Origin: an uncultured Lachnospiraceae bacterium
Lineage (GTDB): Bacteria; Bacillota; Clostridia; Lachnospirales; Lachnospiraceae
NCBI GenBank assembly: GCA_902766175.1
Contig: CACXCJ010000055.1
Location: 1-44,020 of the forward strand
Length of the DNA stretch: 44,020 nucleotides
Direction: 5' to 3'
Part shown: in pieces, positions 19,355 through 27,427 of the stretch
How positions within the stretch are numbered: position 1 is the stretch's first letter
How the letters are laid out: each line of letters starts with the position of its first letter
The notes under the pieces: generated by a model
Told to the model about the DNA's origin: nothing
The model's input: the letters and a program-made list of their open reading frames with translations, nothing else
Database searches by the model: none
Program-made: the position numbers and the translations under genes

Positions 19355-19855
19355 TCACAGGATCGGCGTCAGGCCCTGCGGAAGCAGAAGGCTCAGCCCC
19401 TTGGCAAACAGAATATCCGTGATAATGCTTAAAATCAGTGCAAAGATCAGATAGGTGACATAGCGGGGCTTCTTGTATCCCGGTGTCAGCAGCGTGCAGA
19501 GCGCGAACACAAGAATGGTCGAGTCAATGATGAAGCCGAGCACCTTAAGGGTCGCCGCGTAGAAGATGATCAGGGCGAATGTAAGAATGATGCGGATCCA
19601 GCCGTCCCTGCTGATCGCGACGCTGTTGATCTTCTCGGCGCGCTCATCCTCCTTTGCGACGCGGCGCGCCGACTGGATCATGAGAAGAATGCAGCTGAGC
19701 AGAAGAACGATTGCATAGACGCGCGGCATGAAGCCCGCACCGACGCTCACGACATCAGATGCCGGAACCTGAAGGCTGATGATCAGATAAAACAACGCAA
19801 AGAGCCCGAAAATGAAGCCCGCCAGGAAGCTCTTGTCCTCAAAATACTTTTTCAC
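19355..19855 (-). CDS. tctB: Tripartite tricarboxylate transporter small subunit TctB
   Basis: Four TM, GAGFMPR, LGFII, LLLPQG; GTG start at 19855 after AGGAG. Confidence 0.85.
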   Translation of the reverse strand: MKKYFEDKSFLAGFIFGLFALFYLIISLQVPASDVVSVGAGFMPRVYAIVLLLSCILLMIQSARRVAKEDERAEKINSVAISRDGWIRIILTFALIIFYAATLKVLGFIIDSTILVFALCTLLTPGYKKPRYVTYLIFALILSIITDILFAKGLSLLLPQGLTPIL

Positions 19856-19878
19856 TTTTTTCTCCTGTTCCCGGATTC

Positions 19879-20778
19879 TTATTCCATTCCGACTTTCCGG
19901 TTCTCTTCCAGAACCTTCTTCAGTTCTTCCAGTCCCTCCGGGGAAATTTCGTTGAACGGAGCCCTGCACGGTCCGACCGGATAGCCGAGCAGACGCACGG
20001 CAGTCTTGATGATGGTGTTCGGATTGCCGTAGCGGAAGGTCGCACGGAGCGGATTGATGCTCTTCTGTGCCTTCTTCGCTTCCTCAATCTTTCCCTCCCG
20101 GAACAGATTGTAGATCGAAACGATCTGCTTCGGATAGATATTCGAGCAGCCGGCAATCGCGCCCTTTCCGCCGAAGAACAGGTTCGGAAGAATCAGCGCG
20201 TCGTTTCCGGCAAGAACGGAAAAGTCCGGAAGATCCTCCGTCGCATCAAGGTACTTCAGCATATTCTGAAAATCACCGCTGGAATCCTTGACGCCCTTGA
20301 TATTTTTCAGGACCGAAAGCTTCTTGATGGTCTCCGGGAGCACCTTGTTCCCGGTTCTCGGCGGAATATTGTAGATGACAATCGGAAGATCCACATTGTC
20401 ATTCACGGTCTTGTAGTGATTGTAGATCTCGTGCTGGTTTGCAGCCGCAAAATACGGGCAGATAATGGACAGCACATCCGCGCCGAGCTTCTCTGCCATC
20501 TGGCTCATGCGGATGGTATCCTTTGTCCCCGGGCATCCGGTTCCCGCATAAACCGGCACGCGGTGCGCGGTCTGCTCAATCACCACCTTGAGGACGAACT
20601 CCTTCTCCGCGTCGCTTAAGATGTAGGACTCACCGTTCGTTCCGAAGCAGAAAATACCGGATACGCCCGCATCTATCAGCCTGTCAACCTGGTTTCTCAG
20701 CTCCTTCTCATTGATGCTCTCGTCGTCGAACATCGGGGTGAGAATCGGCGTGATAATTCCCTCAATCTTTACTCCCAT
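19879..20778 (-). CDS. DHDPS/NAL-family class I aldolase (copy 2, probably not DapA)
   Basis: GTNGE, VPVYAG, YNIPPRTG, KDSSG Schiff-base Lys; PYF in place of DapA PYY; start ATG 20778. Confidence 0.9.
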   Translation of the reverse strand: MGVKIEGIITPILTPMFDDESINEKELRNQVDRLIDAGVSGIFCFGTNGESYILSDAEKEFVLKVVIEQTAHRVPVYAGTGCPGTKDTIRMSQMAEKLGADVLSIICPYFAAANQHEIYNHYKTVNDNVDLPIVIYNIPPRTGNKVLPETIKKLSVLKNIKGVKDSSGDFQNMLKYLDATEDLPDFSVLAGNDALILPNLFFGGKGAIAGCSNIYPKQIVSIYNLFREGKIEEAKKAQKSINPLRATFRYGNPNTIIKTAVRLLGYPVGPCRAPFNEISPEGLEELKKVLEENRKVGME

Positions 20779-20835
20779 TTTCTCTCCTGCTCCTCTGTGC
20801 TCCCGCCCGGATCCCTGCCGGCGGAAGCTCTTTTC

Positions 20836-20852
20836 TGTTTCAGTTTGTCTCA
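20836..20852. promoter_or_regulatory. Putative operator-like site upstream of aldolase 2-tctBAC
   Basis: TGTTTCA-GTT-TGTCTCA; one perfect half-site of the island motif. Confidence 0.45.
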
Positions 20853-20992
20853 GCACACTCTTTTTATTCCCACGACCCTGACTACCAGCAAATACAGATC
20901 TGGACACCCGGCGTCTTATTCCTGAGTGATGCCATGCTCTGATCACAGATCGTCTGTGTCATGATGAATTCATCGAAAAGTACCTCCTCTTC

Positions 20993-22147
20993 TCAATGAG
21001 CCCGATAAACAATGTTCCCCCTGACAACTGTCAGAACGGGAAGAATCTTCTGTTCGAGTCTCTTCTCCGCTCCTGTCATATCCTTCATTTCAAGGGCCGC
21101 GTCAGCTTTCCGAAAAACAAACAGATCTCCCCGGTCATAGAGCTCTTCTGTCTTCACTCCGTTCAGACAGCGCTGCGCATTCGCACACAGCCTCCAGATC
21201 AGGTCATCCTCTGTCATTCCCGCCGACCTGAGCACTGCCGCCGCATACTGTATGGAGACCGGCACCGGGAGAATGATGTTCGTCTGATTGCAGTCCGAGC
21301 TGACTGTGTCCGGAATCACACCGGAAATCTGCGCGTTCTCGATCGTTCGGTAGGACCACTGGCGGCTGCCGAATCCGGTATCCAGCAGAACCCCCCGCTC
21401 CTGCGCGCGGCGAAGCTCCTCATAGATTCCGCCCGGCGACGAAAAGCCGGAGACTCCGGGCTGGTAAATATGCGTGACAATATCGCCCGGTCTCAATACT
21501 GAAATCACATCACGAAGCTGTTCCATATCGGAGATCCGGCCCAGATGGACCATCACTCTTCTGGAGCCCGGAAGAAGAGAAGCGATACCGCATGCCTTTT
21601 CAACCGCTGCCGCCGCATAATGCTCCTCGAACATGACGCTCTCCAGGCGGATCTTAAAGCCTGTAATGAGGCCGCTGTATTTCTCACAATAATCTCTCAG
21701 GAGAATTTCGTCAATTCTTTCCGGTCTCTGATTCTCAAATGCTTCCGGGTGCATCTGCCCCTCGCGGGCCACGTGGAGCAGCGCATGAATCCGAATCTTC
21801 GATTCCGCGGCTGTCTCCTTCGCAAACCTGTCAAAGTCATCTGTCCCGTATGTCCCGCCGTCCTGAACCTCCGATACACCGGTCACCGGGCAGAACTGAT
21901 CGGGATCATAGGGAAGCAGTCCGCCTCCCCGCCCGACATGCGTATGAAAATCTGTCAGGCCGGGGAGGATGCTGCAGCCGCTCACATCAACCGCTCTCCA
22001 TCCCTCCGGCGCATCAGCGGAGTGTGCAGCTGCAGAAGCCTTCTCGATAACGGCATGATTTTCCGAGACCACAACTCTGGCAGGCTCAAAACAGCGCCTC
22101 TCGAAATTATAGACCTGGCCTCCGGTCAGGCAGAATCCCTCAGCCAC
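20993..22147 (-). CDS. Divergent amidohydrolase-family metallohydrolase (dihydroorotase-like/deacetylase)
   Basis: LPGLTDFHTH, GFKIR, VMVH, LRPGDIVTH, RGVLLD, PDTVSSD; starts 1 nt after the dctM stop. Confidence 0.8.
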   Translation of the reverse strand: MAEGFCLTGGQVYNFERRCFEPARVVVSENHAVIEKASAAAHSADAPEGWRAVDVSGCSILPGLTDFHTHVGRGGGLLPYDPDQFCPVTGVSEVQDGGTYGTDDFDRFAKETAAESKIRIHALLHVAREGQMHPEAFENQRPERIDEILLRDYCEKYSGLITGFKIRLESVMFEEHYAAAAVEKACGIASLLPGSRRVMVHLGRISDMEQLRDVISVLRPGDIVTHIYQPGVSGFSSPGGIYEELRRAQERGVLLDTGFGSRQWSYRTIENAQISGVIPDTVSSDCNQTNIILPVPVSIQYAAAVLRSAGMTEDDLIWRLCANAQRCLNGVKTEELYDRGDLFVFRKADAALEMKDMTGAEKRLEQKILPVLTVVRGNIVYRAH

Positions 22148-22148
22148 A

Positions 22149-23444
22149 TCAGCCTCCGTAAATGAGGTTCGGCAGTATCGTCGTCAGCGGCGGTACATAC
22201 GCCATCAGAAGAAGCAGCACAAAAATCAGGATGTAGAACGGAACGCTGTTCTTCAGAAACTCCTCGGTCGGGCATTTCGTGACGCCACAGGTCACGAACA
22301 TCAGGTTTCCCATCGGCGGGGTCAGAGATCCGATCGCCATGTTGAAAATGAACATCATGCCGAACTGAACCGGGTCAATTCCGAATGCAGTTGCCACCGG
22401 CGCCAGCATCGGCGCAAGGACAATCTGTGCAGCAGTTGCCTCAATAAACATTCCGACGATCAGCAGGAAAATATTGACCGCTATCAGGAATACATACTTG
22501 TTGCCGCACACGCTGATCAGCCACTGTGTGATGGTCTGCGGAATGTTCTCCCAGGTGAGAATCCAGGAGAAACAGGTTGCCGCTCCGACGATCAGCATGA
22601 TCGAGGCAGTCGTGGAAGCAGTTTCCTTCAGGCACTGCCAGAAATTTTCCTTCTTCAGCTCCTTGTAAACGATTCCGAGGATCAAAGAATATACAATGGC
22701 AACCGCGCCGGCTTCCGTCGGCGTGCAGATTCCGAGACGGATCGTTCCGATGATGATAAACGGAAGGCAGAGCGGTGCAATCGCCGGCTTAAATGCCGCC
22801 CAGAGTTCCCCTCTGGTCGCCGGACGTGTGCTGAGCCTCGGAACGCCGTGCTTCTGTGAGTATTTCGAGACCACGACCATCATCGCGGCACAGAGAACAA
22901 TCGCGGGCAGAATTCCGGCAATGAACAGCTTGCCGATGGAGGTTCCTGTGATGCTGCCATAGATAATCGCCGCGATGCCCGGCGGAATCATCGGCGTGAT
23001 CATGGATGAGAACGCCGTGATCGCTGTGGCGTAGCCGTTAGAATAACCGGCCTTTCTCATATCCGGGACAAGGAGCTTTGCCTCCATTGCAGCGTCTGCC
23101 AGAGAGGATCCGGACATTCCACCCATCAGGGTGCTCAGGACAATGTTGACCTGCCCCAGGCCGCCGTAGATATTCTGTGTCAGCACCTTGCAGAATATCA
23201 TCATCCGTTCGGTAATGCCGCAGTAATTCATCAGTGCGCCGGCACACACGAAGAACGGAATGGCGAGCATTGCCGTGGACTGCATACCGCTTATGACACG
23301 CTGAATAGCCAGGACGCCCGTGATACCGCTCGCAGGATTCGCAAGGAAATATGCGATGCAGCCGCCGAGAATGGCTGCGAAAACCGGCACATTCAGAAAC
23401 AGAAGAACCAGCATCGCGATGGCGGAAAGTGCAATCGGATTCAT
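22149..23444 (-). CDS. dctM: TRAP transporter large permease DctM
   Basis: AIPFF..AG, GGLGQVN, GMSGSSLADAA, MIPP, TPTEAG, LTPPMG. Confidence 0.95.
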   Translation of the reverse strand: MNPIALSAIAMLVLLFLNVPVFAAILGGCIAYFLANPASGITGVLAIQRVISGMQSTAMLAIPFFVCAGALMNYCGITERMMIFCKVLTQNIYGGLGQVNIVLSTLMGGMSGSSLADAAMEAKLLVPDMRKAGYSNGYATAITAFSSMITPMIPPGIAAIIYGSITGTSIGKLFIAGILPAIVLCAAMMVVVSKYSQKHGVPRLSTRPATRGELWAAFKPAIAPLCLPFIIIGTIRLGICTPTEAGAVAIVYSLILGIVYKELKKENFWQCLKETASTTASIMLIVGAATCFSWILTWENIPQTITQWLISVCGNKYVFLIAVNIFLLIVGMFIEATAAQIVLAPMLAPVATAFGIDPVQFGMMFIFNMAIGSLTPPMGNLMFVTCGVTKCPTEEFLKNSVPFYILIFVLLLLMAYVPPLTTILPNLIYGG

Positions 23445-23929
23445 TTTGCAGCCGCCTCCTTTCTCTTCTCTGCCACCGGTGTTCTCATCAAGTCAATAAA
23501 CACGAAGGTATACTGAATGATCATCAGCAGGATACCGATCGGAGCCGCAATGTCAATGTAGACATAGCTGATCTTGAAATACGGCGTAACTTTTCCAGAG
23601 ACGCTCTGCGTGAGCCCTATTCCGCCAAACAGGAGATACAGAAGAATCCCCATTGTAAAGACATAGTCAAAGATATCCAGCGCTCTTCTGGCCTTCGGGC
23701 TGATGCGGTTTGCGATCAGATCAATACTCACCTGGTTTCCAAGCCGGAACGCGACACTTCCGCCAAAGAAGATCGAATAGATAAAGAAGAAAAGCTGCAT
23801 CTCCTCAAGCCAGGCAAATGGTTTTCCGACAATGTAGCGCATCACCACGCCGGCGAGAGTGATCGCAATAATGATGAGCAGCGACGCTACGGCGATGATG
23901 CTGTCCAGATTACTCAGAAATTTCTTCAT
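23441..23929 (-). CDS. dctQ: TRAP transporter small permease DctQ
   Basis: VVMRY, WLEE, QVSID, four TM; between dctP and dctM. Confidence 0.92.
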   Translation of the reverse strand: MKKFLSNLDSIIAVASLLIIIAITLAGVVMRYIVGKPFAWLEEMQLFFFIYSIFFGGSVAFRLGNQVSIDLIANRISPKARRALDIFDYVFTMGILLYLLFGGIGLTQSVSGKVTPYFKISYVYIDIAAPIGILLMIIQYTFVFIDLMRTPVAEKRKEAAAK

Positions 23930-23996
23930 AAGCAGATCCTTTTAAACGTTGCGGGAGGAGAATCTCCTCCCGCAGTGAAATGCAGACAAGCCGCGA

Positions 23997-25112
23997 TCAG
24001 CTGTTGATGATACTCTGGATCTGGTCATAGAGACCCTTCGTCCAGGTTCCGTTGTCCTCGTAATCCTGATACAGCTTCAGGCAGGCATTCTTGAAGTCTT
24101 CCTGTGTCTGAGCATCCAGCTCATTGACCGTGGTTCCCTCGCTCTTGAAGGTGTCCACCATCTTCTGGCTCTGCTCCTTGTAGAGATCGTTGTTATACTC
24201 CGCAGCCTCTTCTCCGGCCTCGACAATTGCCTGCTGGTACTCTTCCGGAATGGTGTCCCAGAACTTCTTTCCGACAACGAAGTTCGAGAACGTCATCTGA
24301 TGATTGGTCATGGTGATGTATTTGCAGACTTCCTGGAACTTATTGTTGTAGAGCGTGGTCAGCGGGTTCTCAACGCCATCCACGACGCCCTGGCTTAAAG
24401 AGGTGTAGACATCGGAGAGGGCCATCGGCGTGGAAGCTGCGCCAAGCAGGTTGAACATCTGCACGGAAATGTCATTGTTCGGAACGCGGATCTTCAGACC
24501 CTTCAGATCGTCGAGGGACTTGATTTCCTTCTTGGTCATCAGCTGTCTCTCTCCGTAAATCCAGTTCGTGGAGATGATCTCAAGACCCTGATCCTCCAGA
24601 GCCTTTGCCTGTTCCGCCCACCAGTCGCTTCCGGTAATCTTGTACATGGCATCCCAGTCCGTAAACAGGAACGGCCCCATGACAACGCCGAAATCGGGAA
24701 CATAGTCCATGAGGTAAGAGCCATCTGCGATCGTGCAGACATTCTGTCCCATCATGCCCATCTCGATCAGGTCCGCCTTCTTTCCGAGCTCACTGTTCGG
24801 ATAGACCTCGATCTTCACGGCGCCGTTCGTCTTCTCACTCACAAGATCCGCCCACTTCTGATTGCCCTGGGTGATCGGATCGTCCGCCGTCTGCTCGGTG
24901 CAGAGCTTAATCGTGTACTTTGCTTCGCCGGATGCCGCCTGAGAAGCCTCAGACGCACCGCTCTCAGCTGCACCGGACTCCGCAGCCGCCGAGGTCTCGG
25001 CAGCGCTGGATGCCGCCGCCGTAGTAGTGGAAGAAGAGCTTCCTCCGCAGCCAGCGAGCCCGGCTGCCATAAGGCCCGCCATAGTAACCGCAACAATTTT
25101 TCTTGTTTTCAT
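23997..25112 (-). CDS. dctP: TRAP solute-binding lipoprotein DctP
   Basis: YPNSELG, DLKGLKIRVP (carboxylate-binding Arg), VYTSLSQGVVDGVENP; lipobox LAGC. Confidence 0.95.
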   Translation of the reverse strand: MKTRKIVAVTMAGLMAAGLAGCGGSSSSTTTAAASSAAETSAAAESGAAESGASEASQAASGEAKYTIKLCTEQTADDPITQGNQKWADLVSEKTNGAVKIEVYPNSELGKKADLIEMGMMGQNVCTIADGSYLMDYVPDFGVVMGPFLFTDWDAMYKITGSDWWAEQAKALEDQGLEIISTNWIYGERQLMTKKEIKSLDDLKGLKIRVPNNDISVQMFNLLGAASTPMALSDVYTSLSQGVVDGVENPLTTLYNNKFQEVCKYITMTNHQMTFSNFVVGKKFWDTIPEEYQQAIVEAGEEAAEYNNDLYKEQSQKMVDTFKSEGTTVNELDAQTQEDFKNACLKLYQDYEDNGTWTKGLYDQIQSIINS

Positions 25113-25177
25113 AAAAAGCCTCCCCTTTAAAGAACACTGTTTAAAAGAATTCCCAAAGCCTGCATCCGCCTGTTTCA

Positions 25178-25240
25178 GATGACGCGTTTTCTGGTGCAGC
25201 CGGCGCGTTTTCCGGTTCTGCTGACACGTTTTTCGGTTCA
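25178..25240. repeat. Degenerate 21-bp tandem repeat, 3 copies
   Basis: GATGACGCGTTTTCTGGTGCA / GCCGGCGCGTTTTCCGGTTCT / GCTGACACGTTTTTCGGTTCA. Confidence 0.7.
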
Positions 25241-26320
25241 GCCCCTGTGCTTCGCGAACTGGATCGCGCAGTCAATGGCATTCACAAGGCTCAGCTCGTT
25301 CGCGTGGCCGTTTCCTGCGTGGCCGAAGCCGGTGCCGTGGTCCACGGAGACCCGGACGATCGGAAGGCCGAGCGTCATGTTGATTCCGGCGACCGCCTCC
25401 CAGTGCTTCTCCTCCTTGTTGTAGACGAAGCCCTTGACCTTCAGCGGGATGTGACCCTGGTCGTGGTACATGACGACGACGACATCGTACCAGCCGCCGA
25501 GCGCCTTGGAGAACACCGTGTCAGGCGGCGTCGGCTTCTTCTCCGGAATATTGATGCCTTCCTTCAGCGCCTCGTCGATCGCCGGCTGGATCTCCTCGAT
25601 CTCCTCGCGTCCGAACATGCCGTTCTCGCCGCAGTGCGGGTTCAGGCCGGCGACGCCGATCTTCGGGTTCTCGATGCCGAGCATCTTCATCGCGTCGTTC
25701 GCCATGTGGATGCAGTCGAGCACGCGGTCCTTCTTCACGCGGTCGCACGCCTCGCGCAGAGAGACGTGGGTGGAGACATGCACCACGCGCAGGTCCTTGT
25801 ACGCAAGCATCATGGCGTACTTCTTGGTGTGCGTGTAGTCCGCGTACACCTCGGTGTGGCCGGAGTAGTGGTGGCCGGCCAGGTTGATCGCTTCCTTCGC
25901 GAACGCGTTCGTGACCGTCGCATCCACCTTGTTGTCCATCGCGAGCTTGATTAAGTACACGACATACTGGAAGGACGCCTCGCCGCCGAGCTTGCACGCA
26001 CCGACGCCGAAGGGCTTCGGCTCTGCCTCGTTCAGCGTGTTCGGGATGTCCTCCGCCTTCACGATGTCGAGGCTGATGAGGTCAATCGTCCCGTACTCGT
26101 ACTTTCCTTCCGCCGGCTCCTTGATCACGTTCAGCTTCAGGTCAATCCCGTTTACCTTCTTCGAGACCGCGAGCGCGTACTCCATGCACGCCTTGTCGCC
26201 GATGATGAGCGGCTTGCAGCGGTCATAGAGGGTCTTGTCGTTCAGGGCCTTGACGGAGATTTCCGGGCCGTTTCCGAACGGATCTCCCATGGAGATTCCG
26301 ATGATGGGTCTTGCAATCAT
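25238..26320 (-). CDS. pdxA: PdxA-family dehydrogenase, probably PdxA2 (tetronate-4-phosphate dehydrogenase)
   Basis: MGDPFGNGPE, GHTE, NPHCGE, MYHDQGH, RVSVDHGT; clustered with a DUF1537 kinase; start ATG 26320 after AAGGAG. Confidence 0.92.
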   Translation of the reverse strand: MIARPIIGISMGDPFGNGPEISVKALNDKTLYDRCKPLIIGDKACMEYALAVSKKVNGIDLKLNVIKEPAEGKYEYGTIDLISLDIVKAEDIPNTLNEAEPKPFGVGACKLGGEASFQYVVYLIKLAMDNKVDATVTNAFAKEAINLAGHHYSGHTEVYADYTHTKKYAMMLAYKDLRVVHVSTHVSLREACDRVKKDRVLDCIHMANDAMKMLGIENPKIGVAGLNPHCGENGMFGREEIEEIQPAIDEALKEGINIPEKKPTPPDTVFSKALGGWYDVVVVMYHDQGHIPLKVKGFVYNKEEKHWEAVAGINMTLGLPIVRVSVDHGTGFGHAGNGHANELSLVNAIDCAIQFAKHRG

Positions 26321-26349
26321 GCTGAGCTCCTTTCTCAATTCGTGCTCGA

Positions 26350-27261
26350 TTACCACATTCCGTTTGCCTTGTTCTCTTCGAGGTTCTTCTTGATCTCTTC
26401 GATCTTCGCCTCCGGAATCATATTGAACGGAGCGCGGCAGAGACCGACGTTATAGCCCATGAGGCGGACAGCCGTCTTCACGACCGTGTTCGGGTTGCAG
26501 CCCGCGAAGGTCGCGCGGAACGGTGCAATGGCGTTCTGGTACTTCATCGCCTCATCCCAGTGGCCAGCCATGAACTCGTCATAGATCATCGCCATGTTGT
26601 GCGGATAAGCGTTCGCGCATCCTGCGATGCCGCCCGTGCCGCCTGCCTGCAGGGTCCAGATGATCAGCTGATCGTTGCCGGAGAGGACGGAGAACTTTCC
26701 GTTCTTCTTCTTTTTCCCTGCGTCGATGTAGCCGAGGATGTTCTTGAAGTCACCGGAGGAGTCCTTCGCGCCGACGATGTTGTCGACCTGCGCGAGCTTT
26801 GCGACGGTCTTCGGCTCAATCTTGTTGCCGGTTCTCGCCGGGATGTTGTAGAGAACGATCGGCATGTCCGGGACCGCAGCCGCAACCGTCTCGTAGTGTC
26901 TCTGGATCTCATCCTGGGAAGCTGCTGCGAAGCTCGGGGTGATGATGGAGAGCACATCCGCGCCGCACGCCTCTGCCATCTTCGACTGCTCGATCGTCTC
27001 CTTCGTGGAGATGCAGCCGGAGCCTGCGTAGACCGGAACTCTTCCGTTGACCTTCTTCACGATGGTCTTCAGGACGAGTTCCTTCTCCTTTCCGTTCAGG
27101 ATGTACCCCTCGCCGTTGGTGCCGAATGCGAAGATCGCGTCGACGCCGCCGTCGATCATACGGTCAACCTGCTCCTCCAGGACCTCGGTGTTGATGGACT
27201 CATCCTCGTGCATCGGGGTGAGGATCGGGACGATAATGCCTTTAATGTCAACCTGCTTCAT
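26350..27261 (-). CDS. DHDPS/NAL-family class I aldolase (copy 1, probably not DapA)
   Basis: GTNGE, YNIPARTG, KDSSG; PSF in place of DapA PYY. Confidence 0.9.
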   Translation of the reverse strand: MKQVDIKGIIVPILTPMHEDESINTEVLEEQVDRMIDGGVDAIFAFGTNGEGYILNGKEKELVLKTIVKKVNGRVPVYAGSGCISTKETIEQSKMAEACGADVLSIITPSFAAASQDEIQRHYETVAAAVPDMPIVLYNIPARTGNKIEPKTVAKLAQVDNIVGAKDSSGDFKNILGYIDAGKKKKNGKFSVLSGNDQLIIWTLQAGGTGGIAGCANAYPHNMAMIYDEFMAGHWDEAMKYQNAIAPFRATFAGCNPNTVVKTAVRLMGYNVGLCRAPFNMIPEAKIEEIKKNLEENKANGMW

Positions 27262-27427
27262 GGTTTTCTCCTTTACTCCATTTGGCGCAATTTGCCGGAA
27301 CCTTCCATGCGATCTGTGATACCGAGTGAAACCGTGCTCCCCGTCCCCGGCGGAATCCGCCGTCCGCTCCGGATGAAAACCGATGCTTCCGCGCGGATGC
27401 GGCTCTTCCGTCAGGTGCGGAACAGAA

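Noticed and set aside
17644-19422. 592-aa plus-strand ORF opposite tctA, and similar ORFs at 4126-5517, 37008-38150 and 38132-39454
   Set aside because: They overlap well-supported genes on the opposite strand and have composition typical of antisense frames.
20955-20971. TGTGTCA-TGA-TGAATTC as another operator
   Set aside because: Weak match and no -35/-10 pair at the spacing seen for the other two promoters.
25178-25240. Short repeats here and at 38011-38085 as CRISPR or att sites
   Set aside because: Contiguous tandem units with no spacers; no cas or integrase genes in the window.
19879-27261. Annotating the aldolases as dapA and pdxA as vitamin B6 biosynthesis
   Set aside because: DapA triad residues are altered (GTNGE, P[SY]F), no lysine or pdxJ genes are nearby, and the DUF1537 context indicates catabolic PdxA2.
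27281-27296. TTGGCGCAATTTGC resembling a sigma54 -24/-12 promoter
   Set aside because: GG-to-GC spacing is 8 rather than 10 nt and it faces away from the operon.
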